Origin: Acutalibacteraceae bacterium
Lineage (GTDB): Bacteria > Bacillota > Clostridia > Oscillospirales > Acutalibacteraceae
DNA length: 64,000 bases
Reading direction: 5' to 3'
Assembly: GCA_045650165.1 (NCBI GenBank)
Contig: JAZRQW010000024.1
Span: 25,661-89,660, forward strand
Shown here: positions 36,222 to 45,680 of the stretch, piece after piece
Position numbering within the stretch: the first letter of the stretch is position 1
Layout: every line of letters starts with the position of its first letter
Notes under the pieces: generated by a model
Told to the model about the DNA's origin: nothing
Databases searched by the model: none
What the model saw: only the letters and a program-made list of their open reading frames with translations
Program-made: the position numbers and the translations under genes

Positions 36222-37235
36222 ATGGAACTTTTTTGTATGCTCAAAGCTCTGTGTGAGGCAAACGGCACTTCGGGCGACGAATCTGCCGCAGCCAAGATTG
36301 CCGCAGAGTATCTTGGTAAATTTATGCCCGTGAAAATCGATACACTCGGAAACGTAACGGGTGATACGGGTGTTGAGGGCAGCAAAATTCTGCTCGATGC
36401 TCACCTTGACCGTATCGGATTTGCTGTTACGGCAATTGATGAAAAAGGCTTTTTAAAGGTTGCAAGGGTAGGCGGTATTGACCCGGCTGTTCTTGCTGCA
36501 GCGGAAGTTACCGTGCACGGCAAAAAAGATATTTACGGCGTTATCACTTCGACTCCGCCTCATCTCTCAAAGGGGTCGGAAAGTAAGGCGCGCGAAATTG
36601 CCGATATTGCAATTGATACGGGAATGTCAAAGGAAGAAGCTGAAGAATTAATCAGCATCGGCGACAGAATTACAATGAACGGCGATATTACAAAAATGCT
36701 CGGCGAGCGTGTTTGCGGTGCCGCACTTGATGACAGAAGCGGTGTTGCCGCAATTCTGCGCTGTCTTGAAATCCTCGGTGACAGAGTTAAAGAATTGCCG
36801 ATAGCCGTAATGTTTTCCTCATGTGAGGAAACGGGCAGTGCAGCGGCAAAATCGGGCAGCTTCAACGCACAGGCAGATGAGTCAATTGCCGTTGACGTCA
36901 GCTTTGCAAGAGCACCGGGAATAAAGGAAAGTGTGCGTGCGGAGCTTGGCAAGGGAACAATGATAGGCTATGCACCTTCGCTCAATTTTGAGTTTTCCCG
37001 CAAGCTGGAATCACTTGCAAAAGCAAACGGTATTGCTTACCAGACTGAGGTTATGGGCTCCTCCACGGGTACCAATGCCGACGATATGGTAACCGCAGGC
37101 AAGGGTACAAAAATGGCTCTGCTCTCAATTCCTCAGCGCAATATGCATACCCAGTCGGAGATTGTTGACCTGAGGGATATCGAAAGCACGGCTCAGCTTA
37201 TGTCGGCTTATATACTCGCAAGGGAGGGCAAATAA
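36222..37235 (+). CDS. M42-family aminopeptidase
   Basis: Motifs DAHLDRIGF and ALDDRSG. ATG 36222 lies behind AGGAGAA. The longer ORF start at 36120 overlaps galK and its terminator. Confidence 0.85.
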   Translation: MELFCMLKALCEANGTSGDESAAAKIAAEYLGKFMPVKIDTLGNVTGDTGVEGSKILLDAHLDRIGFAVTAIDEKGFLKVARVGGIDPAVLAAAEVTVHGKKDIYGVITSTPPHLSKGSESKAREIADIAIDTGMSKEEAEELISIGDRITMNGDITKMLGERVCGAALDDRSGVAAILRCLEILGDRVKELPIAVMFSSCEETGSAAAKSGSFNAQADESIAVDVSFARAPGIKESVRAELGKGTMIGYAPSLNFEFSRKLESLAKANGIAYQTEVMGSSTGTNADDMVTAGKGTKMALLSIPQRNMHTQSEIVDLRDIESTAQLMSAYILAREGK

Positions 37236-37236
37236 A

Positions 37237-38253
37237 ATGCTTGAAATGATTAAAGAACTGTCCTCTCTCAACGGTATATCCGGCAGAGAGGATATTGTCA
37301 GAGCTTATATTATCTCACGCCTTCCCGAATCGTCAGAATATTCTGTTGACAATATGGGCAACCTTATTGTTTTTGTGAAAGGCAAAAGCAGAGCAAAAAA
37401 CAAGGTTATGCTTGCTGCACATATGGACGAGGTCGGAATGATAGTAACCTACATCAATTCCGACGGCTTTATAAGGTTTGCAAATGTCGGTGGCATCAAC
37501 AGCGAGGTGCAGCTCGGCAGACGTGTGAAGGTCGGCGAAAATGAGCTTGTCGGCGTTATCGGTGTTACGCCTATCCACCTTCGCAGGGGTGACGATGAGC
37601 AGAAGCTTCCCAAGGTTGACGAGCTTTATATCGACGTTGGCGCAGGCAGCGATAAAGACCTTGAAGGTCTGGTTTCGCCCGGTGATAAAATAGTTTTTGA
37701 CAGCGAAACGGTTGAATTCGGCTCAATGCTTAAGGGCAAGGCTCTTGATGACAGAGCAGGCTGTGCCGTTTTGCTTGATATGATAATCAAAGGTGTTGAG
37801 TACGACACATATTTTGCCTTCACCGTGCAGGAGGAGGTAGGCTGCAGGGGTGCAGGCTGTGCCGCCTTTGCAGTAGAGCCCGATTACGCTATAGTTGTTG
37901 AAACTACTACTGCCGCAGATATTTCGGGCGTCAGCGGTGAAAAGCAGGTCTGTAAGCTCGGTTCAGGTGCCGTAGTGCCCTTTATGGATGCAGGCACGGT
38001 TTATTCACCTGAGCTTTATAAACTTGCTAATAAGCTTGCTGAAGAAAAAGGCTTTAAAATCCAGACCAAAACAGTTGTTGCGGGCGGTAACGATGCAAGA
38101 AGTATAAAGACAAACCGCGGTGGAGTAAAAACGCTTACGGTTTCCTTTGCAACGCGCTATCTTCATTCGCCCTCGTGCGTTATCCACAAGGATGATATTG
38201 CCGAAATGTCAAAGGCTGTAAATGCAATTGCGGAGGAATTTGCCAATGCTTAA
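37237..38253 (+). CDS. M42-family aminopeptidase (second paralog)
   Basis: Motifs AAHMDEVGM, ALDDRAG and FTVQEEVG. Confidence 0.85.
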   Translation: MLEMIKELSSLNGISGREDIVRAYIISRLPESSEYSVDNMGNLIVFVKGKSRAKNKVMLAAHMDEVGMIVTYINSDGFIRFANVGGINSEVQLGRRVKVGENELVGVIGVTPIHLRRGDDEQKLPKVDELYIDVGAGSDKDLEGLVSPGDKIVFDSETVEFGSMLKGKALDDRAGCAVLLDMIIKGVEYDTYFAFTVQEEVGCRGAGCAAFAVEPDYAIVVETTTAADISGVSGEKQVCKLGSGAVVPFMDAGTVYSPELYKLANKLAEEKGFKIQTKTVVAGGNDARSIKTNRGGVKTLTVSFATRYLHSPSCVIHKDDIAEMSKAVNAIAEEFANA

Positions 38254-38968
38254 AATGATAGAGAATCTTGAGGAAGCAGAGCTTCTCAGGGAGTTTTCGA
38301 CGGATAGTTTCGGTCTGACTGTTGCTTCTCTTGTAACTGCCTATCCGCCTGAACTTGATATATGTCGCAGCTGGATGCAGATTATCGGCGACGAAATGAC
38401 AGCGGGTATCTGCTTGCACGGCGGTGAAATCGTACTCTGGTCAACTCTGCGTGCAGATTATGAGGAACTTGCGGAATTTATCAAAACGATAGGATATTCA
38501 AACATCCTCTGCCGCGCAAGGGATGTTGTCAGCCTTGAGCTTTTTGCCTGTGCCTGCGGTCAGGTGTGGCGCAGAGACGCTCTTGAAGCAACAGTGTGTG
38601 AATATGAAAAGCCCGAAAGAAAGGCAGATTACAAAGAGCTTTTTGAACTGATCGAAATCAAGGGCGAGTTTGACGAGTGGTTTGCTGATATCAGCCACAG
38701 AATCAACAGAGGTACAGCCGATATGCGCTTCATAAGGCGTGACGGTAAAATCGTTTCTACGGCTTCCTTGCTTCATATCGACGGCTCGAGAGCTTTGCTC
38801 GGCGCAGTAGCAACCCACAAGGATTACAGAAAACAGGGTCTTGCAACAGACCTTGTCAATTCCTTCGGCGAAAAAACAGTATATCTTCGTTGCTTGCCTC
38901 ACCTCAACGGCTTTTATCAGAAGCTTGGCTTCAAGAGTGTTGATGTGTGGGCAGAAGTAAAAAAATAA
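38246..38968 (+). CDS. GNAT-family acetyltransferase-like protein
   Basis: C-terminal acetyl-CoA motif-A-like LLGAVATHKDYRKQGLATDLV. 8-nt overlap with the preceding gene. The N-terminal half is unassigned. Confidence 0.55.
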   Translation: MLKMIENLEEAELLREFSTDSFGLTVASLVTAYPPELDICRSWMQIIGDEMTAGICLHGGEIVLWSTLRADYEELAEFIKTIGYSNILCRARDVVSLELFACACGQVWRRDALEATVCEYEKPERKADYKELFELIEIKGEFDEWFADISHRINRGTADMRFIRRDGKIVSTASLLHIDGSRALLGAVATHKDYRKQGLATDLVNSFGEKTVYLRCLPHLNGFYQKLGFKSVDVWAEVKK

Positions 38969-38986
38969 ATTAAGGTAATTTTGGAA

Positions 38987-40249
38987 ATGAACAGTTTTTT
39001 TAAGGTAGATGAAATAATAGCAAACGCTTCGGCAAAAGCAATGGAAACTGCGGCTGCCTCGTTTGCTGAAATAGATGCGGTAAGAGCATATAATCAGGAA
39101 AAGGTGCTTGCCGCCTTTGTTAAAAACAGCGTAAACGAAAGCCATTTCACCGAGTCAACAGGTTACGGCTACGGCGACAGAGGCAGAGATGTGCTCGATG
39201 CCGTTCTTTCCGACAGCCTCGGTGCCGAAGATTCGCTTATCCGCCACAGTATGACCTGCGGCACACATACCCTCGGTATAGCCCTTTTCGGTATGCTCCG
39301 TCCGGGTGATACAATGCTGTGTGTTACGGGTACACCCTACGATACGATTCATTCCGTAATCGGTCTTTCGGGTAACGGTATGGGTTCGCTCAAGGATTTC
39401 GGCGTTACATACAAGCAGGTTGATTTGCTGCCCGACGGCACGGTTGACTATGAGGGCATAGAAAAAGCACTTGAAGAAAAAATCGCAATGGTCTATATCC
39501 AGCGTTCAAGAGGTTATTCGTTAAGACCCAGCCTCGGTGTTGAGGATATAGAAAAAATTGCCAAAATCGTTAAAAATAAGAGTGATGCCGTTATTATGGT
39601 GGATAACTGCTATGGTGAGTTTGTCGAGCGTACAGAGCCGATTTCACACGGTGCAGATATCATTGCAGGCTCGCTTATCAAAAACCCCGGCGGCGGTATT
39701 GCCAAGTGTGGCGGTTATATTTCGGGCAGAGCAGACCTTGTTGAGAAATGTGCCTACCGTATGACTGTACCGGGTCTGGGCAGAGAGGTAGGTCCTTCAC
39801 TCGGTCAGACGAGAAGTATGTTTATGGGTCTTTTCAACGCTCCCCATATTGTCGGCGAAGCACTCAAAACCGCTGTTTTTGCCGCAAGTCTGTTTGAGCA
39901 GCTCGGTTATGAGGCTACACCTGCTTCAAACGAAAAAAGAGTTGATATCATCCAGGCACTCAAGCTCCGCAACCCCGAAACCCTTATCGCTTTCTGCCAG
40001 GGTATGCAGAAGGGTGCACCGATTGATTCCAACGTCAGCCCCGAGCCGTGGGATATGCCTGGATATGACAGTCAGGTTATTATGTCTGCAGGCGCGTTTA
40101 CGGGCGGCTCGTCAATTGAGCTTTCGTCGGATGCTCCGCTTCGTGAGCCGTTTGCTGTGTGGATGCAGGGCTCACTCAATTTTGACAGCGGCAAAATCGG
40201 CGTAATGCTTGCTGCACAGGAAATTTACAAGAGAGGCTTACTCGGATGA
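38987..40249 (+). CDS. YnbB-like PLP-dependent enzyme (methionine gamma-lyase / aluminium-resistance family)
   Basis: PLP-lysine region GSLIKNPGGGIA, about 420 aa. Confidence 0.75.
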   Translation: MNSFFKVDEIIANASAKAMETAAASFAEIDAVRAYNQEKVLAAFVKNSVNESHFTESTGYGYGDRGRDVLDAVLSDSLGAEDSLIRHSMTCGTHTLGIALFGMLRPGDTMLCVTGTPYDTIHSVIGLSGNGMGSLKDFGVTYKQVDLLPDGTVDYEGIEKALEEKIAMVYIQRSRGYSLRPSLGVEDIEKIAKIVKNKSDAVIMVDNCYGEFVERTEPISHGADIIAGSLIKNPGGGIAKCGGYISGRADLVEKCAYRMTVPGLGREVGPSLGQTRSMFMGLFNAPHIVGEALKTAVFAASLFEQLGYEATPASNEKRVDIIQALKLRNPETLIAFCQGMQKGAPIDSNVSPEPWDMPGYDSQVIMSAGAFTGGSSIELSSDAPLREPFAVWMQGSLNFDSGKIGVMLAAQEIYKRGLLG

Positions 40250-40944
40250 GTGATTATAAATACAATGGCATAAAGCCCGAAATATTGATGCTTCTGAGCG
40301 AAAATCGCTTCCGCAACAGCAGGGAGTTTTACGAGGAGCATAAAAAGCAAATCAAAGAGGGAATAACCATTCCTATTCAGCAGATTATCTGTGCCCTTGC
40401 CGATACGATAAGTGAGATTGACGATGAAATCCCGATTGTGCCCACAAAAATGGTTTCCCGAGTAAGGCGCGATACACGCTTTACCAAGGATAAAAGCCTT
40501 TACAGGGAAAATCTCTGGGCAATGTTTATGCGTGATAAGCGTGCCTTGCCTTATTTCCCGTGTATGTGGTTTGAGGTGGCACAAAACGGCTACTCGGGCG
40601 GTATCGGCACTTATTATGCACCGCCGAGATTTATGGAGCTTTACCGTGAGGAAATAATCGCTAGACCGGACGATTTTTACGATGCGGTAATTCTTGCTGA
40701 AAGAGCAGGAGCGGTTTTCGGCGGTGAGTTTTACAAAAAGGCAAAAACGGGCTGTCCCATGCCCGTGCTTGAGCCGTATTACAACGTTAAAAGTATATTC
40801 TTTTCGTTTTATTTCCCGAATCTCAACGAGCTTTCGGACAGTGCTTTCATTGAAAAAATAAGACCGATTTATTCTTCCTTCAAACCGTTTTATTCGTTTA
40901 TGCTTGATGTGGCAATGAAATATTCTGCGGAACAGGTTAAATAA
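40246..40944 (+). CDS. DUF2461 (TIGR02453-like) protein
   Basis: Motif RDTRFTKDKSLYREN. ATGA overlap with the preceding gene. Confidence 0.7.
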   Translation: MSDYKYNGIKPEILMLLSENRFRNSREFYEEHKKQIKEGITIPIQQIICALADTISEIDDEIPIVPTKMVSRVRRDTRFTKDKSLYRENLWAMFMRDKRALPYFPCMWFEVAQNGYSGGIGTYYAPPRFMELYREEIIARPDDFYDAVILAERAGAVFGGEFYKKAKTGCPMPVLEPYYNVKSIFFSFYFPNLNELSDSAFIEKIRPIYSSFKPFYSFMLDVAMKYSAEQVK

Positions 40945-40957
40945 AATTAATATTTTA

Positions 40958-40986
40958 TTGACTAACAAAGTTAAAAGTGCTAAAAT
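40958..40986 (+). promoter_or_regulatory. candidate extended -10 promoter of the PHP gene
   Basis: TTGACT (40958-40963), 17-nt spacer ending in TGC, TAAAAT (40981-40986). Confidence 0.5.
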
Positions 40987-41024
40987 ATTTCCAAATTTAA
41001 AAATAATTTTAGGAGGAGTTAACA

Positions 41025-42557
41025 ATGACTCTTAAGAAGTTTGGCAAAAAAGCTCTTTGTGCAGCCATTAGTGCAACAATGCTTGCTGCAATGGCTCCGC
41101 TTTCACTGGCTTCAGGTGATGTTGATTACACAATAACCAACCCCTATGCCGGTGTTGATTTCGCAACGTATAACACCTATAAGGCAGACCTTCACAGCCA
41201 CACCGTTTTCAGTGACGGTGGCAACACTCTTCCTGAAATGGTTGAAAGACACTATGAGCTCGGCTTTGATGCTCTTGCCATTACCGACCATGGTACAAAC
41301 TTCTACGGCTACACCGTACAGAATCAGTACCACGTTCCCGCAATGAAAATCCTTGGCCTTTTTGACAACGGTGCGGTTATTGACGACGTTCTTGCCGAGA
41401 GCGGTACCGCTGCCAATGGCAACTCCTACATCGTTTTCAAGGGCGAGTCCGGTGACGAGTATTATTCACAGACCTTTGCCGACGGCACAAAGGGTCAGGA
41501 TATGATGAGTGTGCCTTTCGGAATAGAAAACAATCCTACTTCCTTCAATAACGCTCACGTCAACTCCTGGTTTGTTGAATACGGTCACGGCATAGTAGGC
41601 GGTACCAGCGATTACGCAACACCTATTGAAGCTGTTCAGAAGCTCGGCGGTCTTTCCGTTATCAACCACCCCGGTGAGTACACCAACGCAAGAGATGAAA
41701 TTTACACAGCAGATGCTTATAACAAGGATAACATAAGCTACCGTTACAAGATAAACAAGTTTGAAAAGCTCCTTCTCGAAAATGATACCTGTATCGGTAT
41801 TGATATCAACAGCAAAGGCGACGGCAGAACACGCTTTGACAGAAAGCTGTGGGATACTATGCTTGCTGACCTTATTCCTCAGGGCAGAAGCGTTTTCGCA
41901 ATTGCTACATCAGACGCTCACAATCTCAACATTGCCGATTCGGGCTACACAATCCACTATATGCCCTCTAACACAGCTGCAAACCTTCAGAAGAATATGG
42001 CTGCGGGCGAATTCTTTGCAGCAAGTAAATATGTCGGCAACTACGACGAGCAGGTAAGAGTCAGAGATGAGCTCAAGGCTATCAATGCTCCTGAGGCAGC
42101 TGAGATGATTGCAACTCTTGATGCTATAATCGCTCAGAGTGAAATCGACCATGCAAATGGTGACGAAGGCGGAAAATACGAAGCACCTGCAGATGCTGCT
42201 TCTCCGCTCTTCACAAACGTTGTTGTTGACGATGCAGAGGACACAATTGCACTCACTGCAGAAAACGCTCTCGTCGTTCATTGGATTGCAGACGGCAAGG
42301 TTATCCACGTCGGCAACACAATCGACCTTGACGATTATTCGGATGAAATCGGCAGCTATGTCAGAGCAGAGGCATACGGTTACGGCGGCGTTATGTACAC
42401 CCAGGCTTTCGTTCTCGATTATGACGGTGCACCTGAGGCAAACCCCATCGGCGCATTCTTTGATTGGGGTACAATCGCAACAATCATCTGTGACGTTCCC
42501 GTCCGCTTCCTCCTGAGCATCCTTCCCCTCAACCTCATTGCAACAATCTTCGGTTAA
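41025..42557 (+). CDS. exported PHP-domain metallo-phosphoesterase-like protein with C-terminal hydrophobic anchor
   Basis: Signal peptide MTLKKFGKKALCAAISATMLAAMAPLSLA-SG. PHP motif DLHSHTVFSDG...ALAITDHG. C-terminal hydrophobic tail VPVRFLLSILPLNLIATIFG. RBS AGGAGGAG. Confidence 0.7.
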   Translation: MTLKKFGKKALCAAISATMLAAMAPLSLASGDVDYTITNPYAGVDFATYNTYKADLHSHTVFSDGGNTLPEMVERHYELGFDALAITDHGTNFYGYTVQNQYHVPAMKILGLFDNGAVIDDVLAESGTAANGNSYIVFKGESGDEYYSQTFADGTKGQDMMSVPFGIENNPTSFNNAHVNSWFVEYGHGIVGGTSDYATPIEAVQKLGGLSVINHPGEYTNARDEIYTADAYNKDNISYRYKINKFEKLLLENDTCIGIDINSKGDGRTRFDRKLWDTMLADLIPQGRSVFAIATSDAHNLNIADSGYTIHYMPSNTAANLQKNMAAGEFFAASKYVGNYDEQVRVRDELKAINAPEAAEMIATLDAIIAQSEIDHANGDEGGKYEAPADAASPLFTNVVVDDAEDTIALTAENALVVHWIADGKVIHVGNTIDLDDYSDEIGSYVRAEAYGYGGVMYTQAFVLDYDGAPEANPIGAFFDWGTIATIICDVPVRFLLSILPLNLIATIFG

Positions 42558-42574
42558 TTAAATAATACTATAAT

Positions 42575-42616
42575 AAACGAGGCTTATGAGAGTTTTCTCA
42601 TAAGCCTCGTTTTTAT
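42575..42616. terminator. strong bidirectional terminator between the PHP and yfhO-like genes
   Basis: 17-bp perfect stem AAACGAGGCTTATGAGA / TCTCATAAGCCTCGTTT with a 4-nt loop. T-run on the right, A-rich on the left. Confidence 0.8.
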
Positions 42617-42655
42617 GAATTGTTATTTGTTAATACTGCATTTATAAATCTGAAA

Positions 42656-45505
42656 TTATTCCTGTGTTTCTTCAATCGTTTCTTCCGTCGTTGCTTCGGT
42701 TGTGATGTCTGTGACTCTATCGTATTCTTTTTTTGCGCTTATATTGCCTTCAATATCAACGGTGTATTCTACGAGTTCACCGTTTTCGGAATAACCGCTG
42801 AGGAGTACTGCTACGGGATTTTTCTTGCGCAATACAACAAAGATAACGAGTAAAGCAAGAATTGTCACTGCAGATACGCAAACGCCCAATTTGAAGCCTC
42901 TTGCCTCATATTTGAACTCAATGTCGTGCTTGCCCTCGCTTACATAGAAGCCGATGAAGCCTTCGCCGATTTTGCATTCCTGCATTGTTTCTTTGCTTAC
43001 TCTTTCGCCGTCAACGTAAATCTGCCAGCTTTCATCGTAGGGGATTGAGGTGTAGAAAACACAGTCGTTGTTTACTGTTACCGTGCCCTTGATAAATGTT
43101 TCTTCAAAGGTTTCAATCTCAAACTGCTCTACCTTGAGGGTTTCGTAACCCCTGGTAAACTTGTTCATATCAAGCTTGCAAAGGTAAATGTCAACATAAC
43201 CGGAGTTGCCGTTATCAATCGGGATATTTACGCTAAGTTCCGTGCCGGCTTCAATTTTACCAAGGCTGACTATGTGCTCAGAGCCGAAATTGTGTTCATA
43301 CTCGGTTTCGCCGTAGTACATGGTTACGCTTTCTACATTTGAGGAGTTGATATAAATATAATATTCTGCGCTTTCTGTCAGGTTATAGTTGGCGGTAAAG
43401 CTTGCATCAACATCGTAGGTGTCGCGGAAGAAGGTGAGCTCGCCGTCGTCATAACCCGAACTGAAATCCGAAATGTTGTTGTAATCAAAATAATCAATAG
43501 GAAGCTGTGTGAATACCTCGGGAATACCCGTTGCGCGCTCAAAATAGTCGTTCTGTACGGTGAACGGGTTATCGTTTGAGTAATCCCAGCCTAAAATTTC
43601 GCCGCCGACACAATAACCGATAGGCAGGTTGTAAAGGTTTTCATATGCGATGAATTTGCCTGAACTTGTAGCCTTGGAATAAAGCTCCTCGCTCTGTTTG
43701 GGTGTGGTTGTTGTGTTGTCAACAATGTATTTGAGCGATGTCATCATGTTGAAAACGGGCGTCTGGAAGCCGTTGTAGGTGTAGCTGTTGATAAAGTTAC
43801 CGTCCATACCAAGGTAGTGGACCAGGTTGGAGGTTTTTTCATAAGCCATTGACGAGAAGATGGAAACGCCGTTGTAGCCGTACCAGCTCGGGTCCATTCT
43901 TGTGCGCAGGTCGGTCAGCTCCATTCTGTAGAAGCCGTTTTCTTCACGCTCATCAAGCTTGTCCTGAAGTTTCTGGAAATCGCTGTAATCAATAGTGTAA
44001 TACTTTTTCTGCTGCTGCATTACATAATGTGAGGTGTTGCCGATTGCAGCCTCTGAAACAACACAGCAGAAAACGAGCAGGGCAATTGCACTTGTCTGGT
44101 ATTTGCCGCTTTGCATCATCAGCATTACGAGTGTGTAGAATGCAACGAAGATAAGCGAAATAATAACCGTATCTTCCGTAACATTCTTTGAACCGAGCTT
44201 TTCTGTGATTACTATAAATGCCATTGCTGAAATGCCTACGGTGAGAAGCATTTTTGCCGGGAGTTCTTTGATTTTGATAAGTGCCTTGTACGCCATTGTA
44301 AGGAGCACGAAGGAATATACATAGGAAAGTCTGTACGGCAGGTCGTTGGGGAAGTGGAAGCCGTGCCAGATGTAGTTGAGCATATTAAGGTTGAAGCTGA
44401 TAAACAGCAATGCAAGAAGTGCAACATAGGAAATCTTCTCTCTCATTGTGTAGGACTTTGAGTAGAGGAAGAGGGGAGCGAGCATTGCCGTGAGCACACC
44501 GCAGTAAACATTGGGCAGTACATCCTCGCCGCTGCTGCGGATTGTGGGGTTAACTGACGAAAGATGATTTGCAATAAAGTCAAATATCTTGAAATATGTC
44601 TTGGTTTCTTCAGGGAATGTGCCCGAGGTTGCCGATGAACTCTGAAGAATGAATACAAGCGGGAGAAGCAGGAAGGCTGCTATGCCTGCCGCTGCAACGG
44701 AAGCACCTGCGAAGCGTATGCCTGCACTGAAAAAGCGAGAGTTGTTCAGATTGTAAAGCGCCGAAGTCTTTTTCGGTGCTTTGATTTTTTTGCCTTCTTC
44801 GTTGTAGTACTTAGTAACCGTGAATTTTTCCGCGAAGGAATAATGACCGAGGTAGTAGGCAAGGAAATAAATAACAGAGAAAATACAGACGATATATGCC
44901 ATATAGTAGTTGCTTATCATAACGAAAGCAAGCGAGAACATATATGTTCTGAATTTGCCATTTTTAATAATCTGCTCAATGCCGTACATTACAAGCGGAA
45001 ATACCGCCATAGCGTCAATCCACATTACATTCCAGTAATAAGCAAGGAAGAAGCCGCAGAAGGAATAAAGCACACCAAATGCGGAAATCGAAAAATCATT
45101 CTTGCCTGTGGATTTTCTTAAATAGTAGGAGAAGAATGCACTTGCAAAGGCAGCCTTGAAAAGCACCATAAGCGCAATTGCCTCCGGCATATTTTTATGC
45201 CCGAGAAGAAGCAGGAATATAGCTGTCGGGCTTGCGAGATAGTTGCTGAAATTACCGAGGAAGCTAGAACCCAGACCCGATGTCCACGAATAAATCAGAC
45301 TCTTTCCTTCGGTTATTCTGTCATAAAGCTCTGCGAAAAGTGGACCATACTGGTGATAAAGGTCCATACGCAGTACCGTGTAATCACCAAAAGGTATTAC
45401 GTTGAAGCAGTAATACACAATGACCATTACAAAAGCCGAAGCACCGAAGGCAAGTAAAGAATACTTGTTGCGTGCGGCTGCCTGCATAAGTTTGTTCTGT
45501 TTCAC
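42656..45505 (-). CDS. YfhO-family polytopic membrane protein (putative GT-C glycosyltransferase)
   Basis: 949 aa: about 13 N-terminal TM helices, a large extracytoplasmic domain, one C-terminal TM helix and an acidic T/E-rich tail. GTG start with an AAGGAG RBS. Confidence 0.8.
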   Translation of the reverse strand: MKQNKLMQAAARNKYSLLAFGASAFVMVIVYYCFNVIPFGDYTVLRMDLYHQYGPLFAELYDRITEGKSLIYSWTSGLGSSFLGNFSNYLASPTAIFLLLLGHKNMPEAIALMVLFKAAFASAFFSYYLRKSTGKNDFSISAFGVLYSFCGFFLAYYWNVMWIDAMAVFPLVMYGIEQIIKNGKFRTYMFSLAFVMISNYYMAYIVCIFSVIYFLAYYLGHYSFAEKFTVTKYYNEEGKKIKAPKKTSALYNLNNSRFFSAGIRFAGASVAAAGIAAFLLLPLVFILQSSSATSGTFPEETKTYFKIFDFIANHLSSVNPTIRSSGEDVLPNVYCGVLTAMLAPLFLYSKSYTMREKISYVALLALLFISFNLNMLNYIWHGFHFPNDLPYRLSYVYSFVLLTMAYKALIKIKELPAKMLLTVGISAMAFIVITEKLGSKNVTEDTVIISLIFVAFYTLVMLMMQSGKYQTSAIALLVFCCVVSEAAIGNTSHYVMQQQKKYYTIDYSDFQKLQDKLDEREENGFYRMELTDLRTRMDPSWYGYNGVSIFSSMAYEKTSNLVHYLGMDGNFINSYTYNGFQTPVFNMMTSLKYIVDNTTTTPKQSEELYSKATSSGKFIAYENLYNLPIGYCVGGEILGWDYSNDNPFTVQNDYFERATGIPEVFTQLPIDYFDYNNISDFSSGYDDGELTFFRDTYDVDASFTANYNLTESAEYYIYINSSNVESVTMYYGETEYEHNFGSEHIVSLGKIEAGTELSVNIPIDNGNSGYVDIYLCKLDMNKFTRGYETLKVEQFEIETFEETFIKGTVTVNNDCVFYTSIPYDESWQIYVDGERVSKETMQECKIGEGFIGFYVSEGKHDIEFKYEARGFKLGVCVSAVTILALLVIFVVLRKKNPVAVLLSGYSENGELVEYTVDIEGNISAKKEYDRVTDITTEATTEETIEETQE

Positions 45506-45620
45506 TTTAACACTCCTTATTTTTCCATAATTATTTTTATAATATCATATTCAAGCGTTATTTTCAACAGATTTTATCGTGTTTAGGATAATTCATAACG
45601 GCGCTTATTATTCATCGGTT

Positions 45621-45647
45621 ATAAATTAGGACAAGGTTACATAGATA
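45621..45647 (+). promoter_or_regulatory. possible sigma-E-type sporulation promoter of spoIIIA
   Basis: ATA (45621-45623), 16 nt, CATAGATA (45640-45647). Resembles the B. subtilis sigma-E ATA / CATACA-T pattern. Weak, pattern match only. Confidence 0.3.
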
Positions 45648-45680
45648 TATGATAGCCTACAAACAAAAAGGAGTGTTTAA

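Noticed and set aside
40225-41025. 266-aa minus-strand ORF covering the DUF2461 gene.
   Set aside because: Same shadow-ORF geometry. The plus-strand product carries the DUF2461 RDTRF.KDK motif and is translationally coupled to the upstream gene.
41025-42557. PHP-domain protein as the missing histidinol-phosphate phosphatase (HisJ/HisK) of the his pathway.
   Set aside because: It has a cleavable signal peptide and a C-terminal membrane anchor, is about 510 aa rather than about 270 aa, and lies 24 kb from the his operon. A cytoplasmic biosynthetic role is unlikely.
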